A stretch of DNA of 63,758 nucleotides, filler included. It is 4 parts of 4 records of this genome, joined end to end, with 100 filler letters (N's around TTAATTAATTAA, not from the genome) between each part and the next. Parts side by side here need not be neighbours in the genome. Positions count along the whole stretch, not along the records: positions 58,175 to 63,758 come from DRR723986_11332; 3 more parts are not named here. One strand, written 5' to 3'. The position numbers and the translations under genes are program-made. Each line of letters begins with the position of its first letter. Within the stretch, counting starts at the first letter, position 1. The notes under the pieces were generated by a model. It was given only the letters and a program-made list of their open reading frames with translations. It did not search any database and was not told the DNA's origin. This document shows, in pieces, positions 60,725 through 63,758 of this stretch.

Positions 60725-61093
60725 CTATTCCTTCTCCATCGTGCATTGCAGCGGATGCTGGTGGCGCCGGGCAAAGTCCATGACCTGCCCCACCTTGGTC
60801 TCTGCGATCTCGTGGCTGAAGACGCCGACCACCGCGACGCCCTTCTTGTGGACGGTCAGCATCACCTCGAAGGCCTGCGCGTGGGTCATGCCGAAGAAGC
60901 GTTCCAGCACATGGACCACGAATTCCATCGGCGTATAATCGTCGTTCAGCAGCAGCACCTTGTACAAGGGCGGGCGCTGCGTCTTGGCGCGGGTCTTGAC
61001 GGCAATCGAGGCGTCCCCGTCATCGTCGCTTCCGCGCGGCGGGATCGCACTGCCGACAGTCGGGAAGGTCCGGGGCGTCTGTGGATCGGTCAT
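60725..61093 (-). CDS. clpS: ATP-dependent Clp protease adaptor ClpS
   Basis: [17 protein letters not shown]…[10 protein letters not shown]. Confidence 0.96.
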   Translation of the reverse strand: MTDPQTPRTFPTVGSAIPPRGSDDDGDASIAVKTRAKTQRPPLYKVLLLNDDYTPMEFVVHVLERFFGMTHAQAFEVMLTVHKKGVAVVGVFSHEIAETKVGQVMDFARRHQHPLQCTMEKE

Positions 61094-61185
61094 GAGGGTT
61101 TGGGCACTTTGCGTTTCCGGATTTGGCCTCTGTATATAGCCTATGGTCCCCGGGCGAAAAGGGGGGCGACGGACTTGGGGGCAGA

Positions 61186-61884
61186 ATGACGGACAAACTC
61201 CTGACAATCGGTTTCGACGCGGACGATACGCTGTGGCACAACGAGCGGTATTTCGAGATGACGCAGGCGCTTTTCACCACGCTGCTGCGCGACCACGCCG
61301 AAAGCGACCACCTCCACGAAAGGCTGATCGCGGCAGAGCGGCGCAACATTGGCACCTATGGATTCGGCGTGAAGGGGTTCACCCTGTCGATGATCGAGAC
61401 CGCCATCGAAGTGACCGAGGGCCGGGTGCCCGCCCGCGTGATCTCGGAAATCCTCGCCGCCGGGCGCGAGATGCTGGATCACCCGGTCGAGCTTCTGCCC
61501 CATGCGGCCGAGGCGGTAGAGGCGCTGGCGGACAGCCATCACCTCGTGCTGATCACCAAGGGCGACCTTCTGCACCAGGAACGCAAGCTGGCCGCCTCCG
61601 GGCTGGGTGAGCGGTTCGACGGAATCGAGATCGTCTCGGACAAGCAGCCCGGAACCTACGCGCGGATCTTCGGCGCGACGCCGGGCGGGGCGTCGGGCGC
61701 CATGATGGTCGGCAATTCGATGAAGTCCGACGTGGTCCCGGCGATCGAGGCCGGGGCGCGGGGCGTGCATGTGCCCTTCGAACTGGTCTGGGCGCTGGAA
61801 GAGGCCGAGGCGCCGGAGACGCCACGCTTTCACCAGATCGAAGACCTCTCCTCGCTGCCGGCGCTGGTCGAGTCGCTGTCCTGA
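61186..61884 (+). CDS. HAD family hydrolase
   Basis: [22 protein letters not shown]. Confidence 0.9.
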   Translation: MTDKLLTIGFDADDTLWHNERYFEMTQALFTTLLRDHAESDHLHERLIAAERRNIGTYGFGVKGFTLSMIETAIEVTEGRVPARVISEILAAGREMLDHPVELLPHAAEAVEALADSHHLVLITKGDLLHQERKLAASGLGERFDGIEIVSDKQPGTYARIFGATPGGASGAMMVGNSMKSDVVPAIEAGARGVHVPFELVWALEEAEAPETPRFHQIEDLSSLPALVESLS

Positions 61885-62147
61885 GTCGCAGCGGCCCGCC
61901 ACCTTTTCGCCACATTTCGCCACAGTCCCGACACATTGGCCTTTATGGTGTCCGAGCCGCCGCAATGCCCAATATCTGGACGGCAAGTTGACGCGAAAAC
62001 CCTTTCTCGTCAGCTTATTGCGGGGTTCTCTTGAAGTCGTTGTCATGCTAACCTTTCCTTAACCAAGCTGGGCAAAAGATCCGGCAGGGCAGAGATAAAA
62101 GAGGCCACCCGGAAAACCGGGGGTCCGAGGCAGAAAGGCGGAATATC

Positions 62148-63659
62148 GTGACGGGACGTCGCAGGCAGTCGCACGGGCGCTATGCGCTCTATCTATTCAC
62201 GCTCATGTGGTTCGCGGTCATGCTGCCGCTCAGCGCCTTCGCGGCGCCCTATGCGGCATTGGTGATGGACGCGCGATCCGGCAAGGTCCTGCATGCGCAG
62301 AATGCCGACACGCGCCTGCACCCGGCTTCGCTCACCAAGATGATGACGCTCTATATCGCCTTTGAGGCGGTGCAGAACGGCGAGCTGTCGATGGATACCT
62401 ATGTGACCATCTCGAAGAACGCCGCGTCGGAGCCGCCGTCGAAACTCGGCCTGAAGCAGGGGCAGAAGATCCAGCTGCGCTACCTCGTACGGGCTGCGGC
62501 GGTGAAGTCGGCCAATGACGCCGCCACCGCCATCGGAGAGGCCATCGAGGGTTCCGAGGCGGCCTTTGCCCGCCGGATGAACCGCACCGCCAAGGCGATG
62601 GGCATGACCCGCACGACCTTCCGCAACGCCCACGGGCTGACGGAAGAGGGCCACTTGTCCACCGCGCGCGACATGACGATCCTCGGGCGGCACGTGATCT
62701 ACGACTACCCGATGTACTACAACCTCTTCTCGCGCCAGACGGCGGATGCGGGGGTGCGGACCGTCGCGCATACCAACCGCCGCCTGCTGCAAAGCTATCA
62801 GGGCGCCGACGGCATCAAGACCGGCTACACCAGCGCCGCGGGCTTCAACCTGACCGCCTCGGCGGAGCGGGGCAGCCAGCGCGTGATCGCGACCGTCTTC
62901 GGCGGACGCTCCACCGCGACGCGCAACGCCAAGGTGGCCGAACTGCTGGATCTGGGATTCCGCGAGGCCCCAAGCCGCGTGGCGCTGCGCGCGCCGGGCA
63001 AGCCGCCATACCTTGGCCGCGGGGCCGGGGCGGGGGGCATCGCCGTGGCGAACAACTCGGACCCGGCACCGGGGACACGCGCCAAATCGGTGCGCGTCGC
63101 CTCTGCCGCCGTGACGCGCAGCCTGCGGCCGCAGCTGCGCCCGGCGGCGCAAGTGCCGGACGTGGCGCCGCTGGTGGCCGAAGTGCGCGACGACATCGAC
63201 ATGGTGCTGAAGGAGGTCACGATGACCGCCGCGCTCGTGGCGCAGGAGGTCTCGGCCCCCGCGGCCCCGACCCCGACTCCGGCAGCGGCGGCGCCGATCG
63301 CCGAGGTGAAGCCGGTGCGCCGCCCCGAGACGGTGACGGTGGCCGCCGCCGCCCCGGCGCCGCGCGACACGCCGACGCCCGCGCGGGCGGCCGAGGTGGT
63401 GACGCGTGTCTCGACCTCGGGCGGGCGGCATTGGGGCATCAACCTCGGTCGCTACCCCAGCCGCTTCGACGCGGAGAAGGTGCTTTTGCGCACCGCCTTG
63501 GCCGAGACCGCGACGTTGGACGGGTCCTTGCGCAAGGTGGTACAGGGCAAGCGGGGGTTCGACGCGAACTTCATGGGGCTGACGCGGGACACGGCGGAAC
63601 TGGCCTGCAAGCGCCTGCAGGCGCGGCAGGTGACCTGTTTCATGATCGGGCCCGGCTGA
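62148..63659 (+). CDS. D-alanyl-D-alanine carboxypeptidase (S11) with SPOR-like C-terminus
   Basis: SLTK, SAN, KTG motifs; Ala/Pro linker; C-terminal WGINLG…ACKRL. Confidence 0.9.
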   Translation: MTGRRRQSHGRYALYLFTLMWFAVMLPLSAFAAPYAALVMDARSGKVLHAQNADTRLHPASLTKMMTLYIAFEAVQNGELSMDTYVTISKNAASEPPSKLGLKQGQKIQLRYLVRAAAVKSANDAATAIGEAIEGSEAAFARRMNRTAKAMGMTRTTFRNAHGLTEEGHLSTARDMTILGRHVIYDYPMYYNLFSRQTADAGVRTVAHTNRRLLQSYQGADGIKTGYTSAAGFNLTASAERGSQRVIATVFGGRSTATRNAKVAELLDLGFREAPSRVALRAPGKPPYLGRGAGAGGIAVANNSDPAPGTRAKSVRVASAAVTRSLRPQLRPAAQVPDVAPLVAEVRDDIDMVLKEVTMTAALVAQEVSAPAAPTPTPAAAAPIAEVKPVRRPETVTVAAAAPAPRDTPTPARAAEVVTRVSTSGGRHWGINLGRYPSRFDAEKVLLRTALAETATLDGSLRKVVQGKRGFDANFMGLTRDTAELACKRLQARQVTCFMIGPG

Positions 63660-63692
63660 GGCGGACCCTTTCGCCCCTGCTGACCTGATGAC

Positions 63693-63720
63693 GCCCCCGT
63701 GGAGAGCCGCGGGGGCTTTT
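63693..63720 (+). terminator. Intrinsic terminator
   Basis: gcccccgtgg-agag-ccgcgggggc hairpin + tttt. Confidence 0.7.
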
Positions 63721-63758
63721 CCTTGTGGTCTTTCGCCTGCCTTGCGGCAGGCGACCGG

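Noticed and set aside
58891-60783. 630-aa plus-strand ORF and other long ORFs in contig 4 (e.g. 59831-61189, 62193-63431)
   Set aside because: Shadow ORFs antisense to recognisable genes in high-GC DNA

Overview
This window is not one continuous locus. It is four contigs joined by 100-nt N spacers carrying a TTAATTAATTAA all-frame-stop linker (27017-27116, 42812-42911, 58075-58174). Contig 1 (1-27016) looks like an FCB-group bacterium (T9SS-type C-terminal domain, Bacteroidota-like ECF locus). It carries an ECF sigma factor followed by a probable dual-membrane-spanning anti-sigma factor, a large VWA/T9SS protein, a cysH-epimerase pair, topA, a metal (probably Zn) uptake locus led by a CxxC/RGPP leader protein, a TPR-LuxR regulator flanked by TGGGTA-N5-TGGGTA repeats, and a dispersed intergenic repeat family. 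Contig 2 (27117-42811) is an alphaproteobacterial (Rhodobacterales-like) accessory region. It holds an apparent defence island: an Avs3-like STAND NTPase, a divergent and unusual HTH + HNH nuclease + five 41-aa Zn-finger-repeat protein, and a stand-alone HEPN-like protein, with a degenerate repeat motif in the intergenic spacers. Contig 3 (42912-58074) is Rhodobacteraceae core genome (leuS-lptE-holA ... pmbA-cysQ-waaA-lpxK ... dsbA). Contig 4 (58175-63758) is a higher-GC Rhodobacteraceae core region (hemF, SDR, methyltransferase, clpS, HAD hydrolase, D,D-carboxypeptidase). All calls come from motif recognition by eye; no database searches were run.
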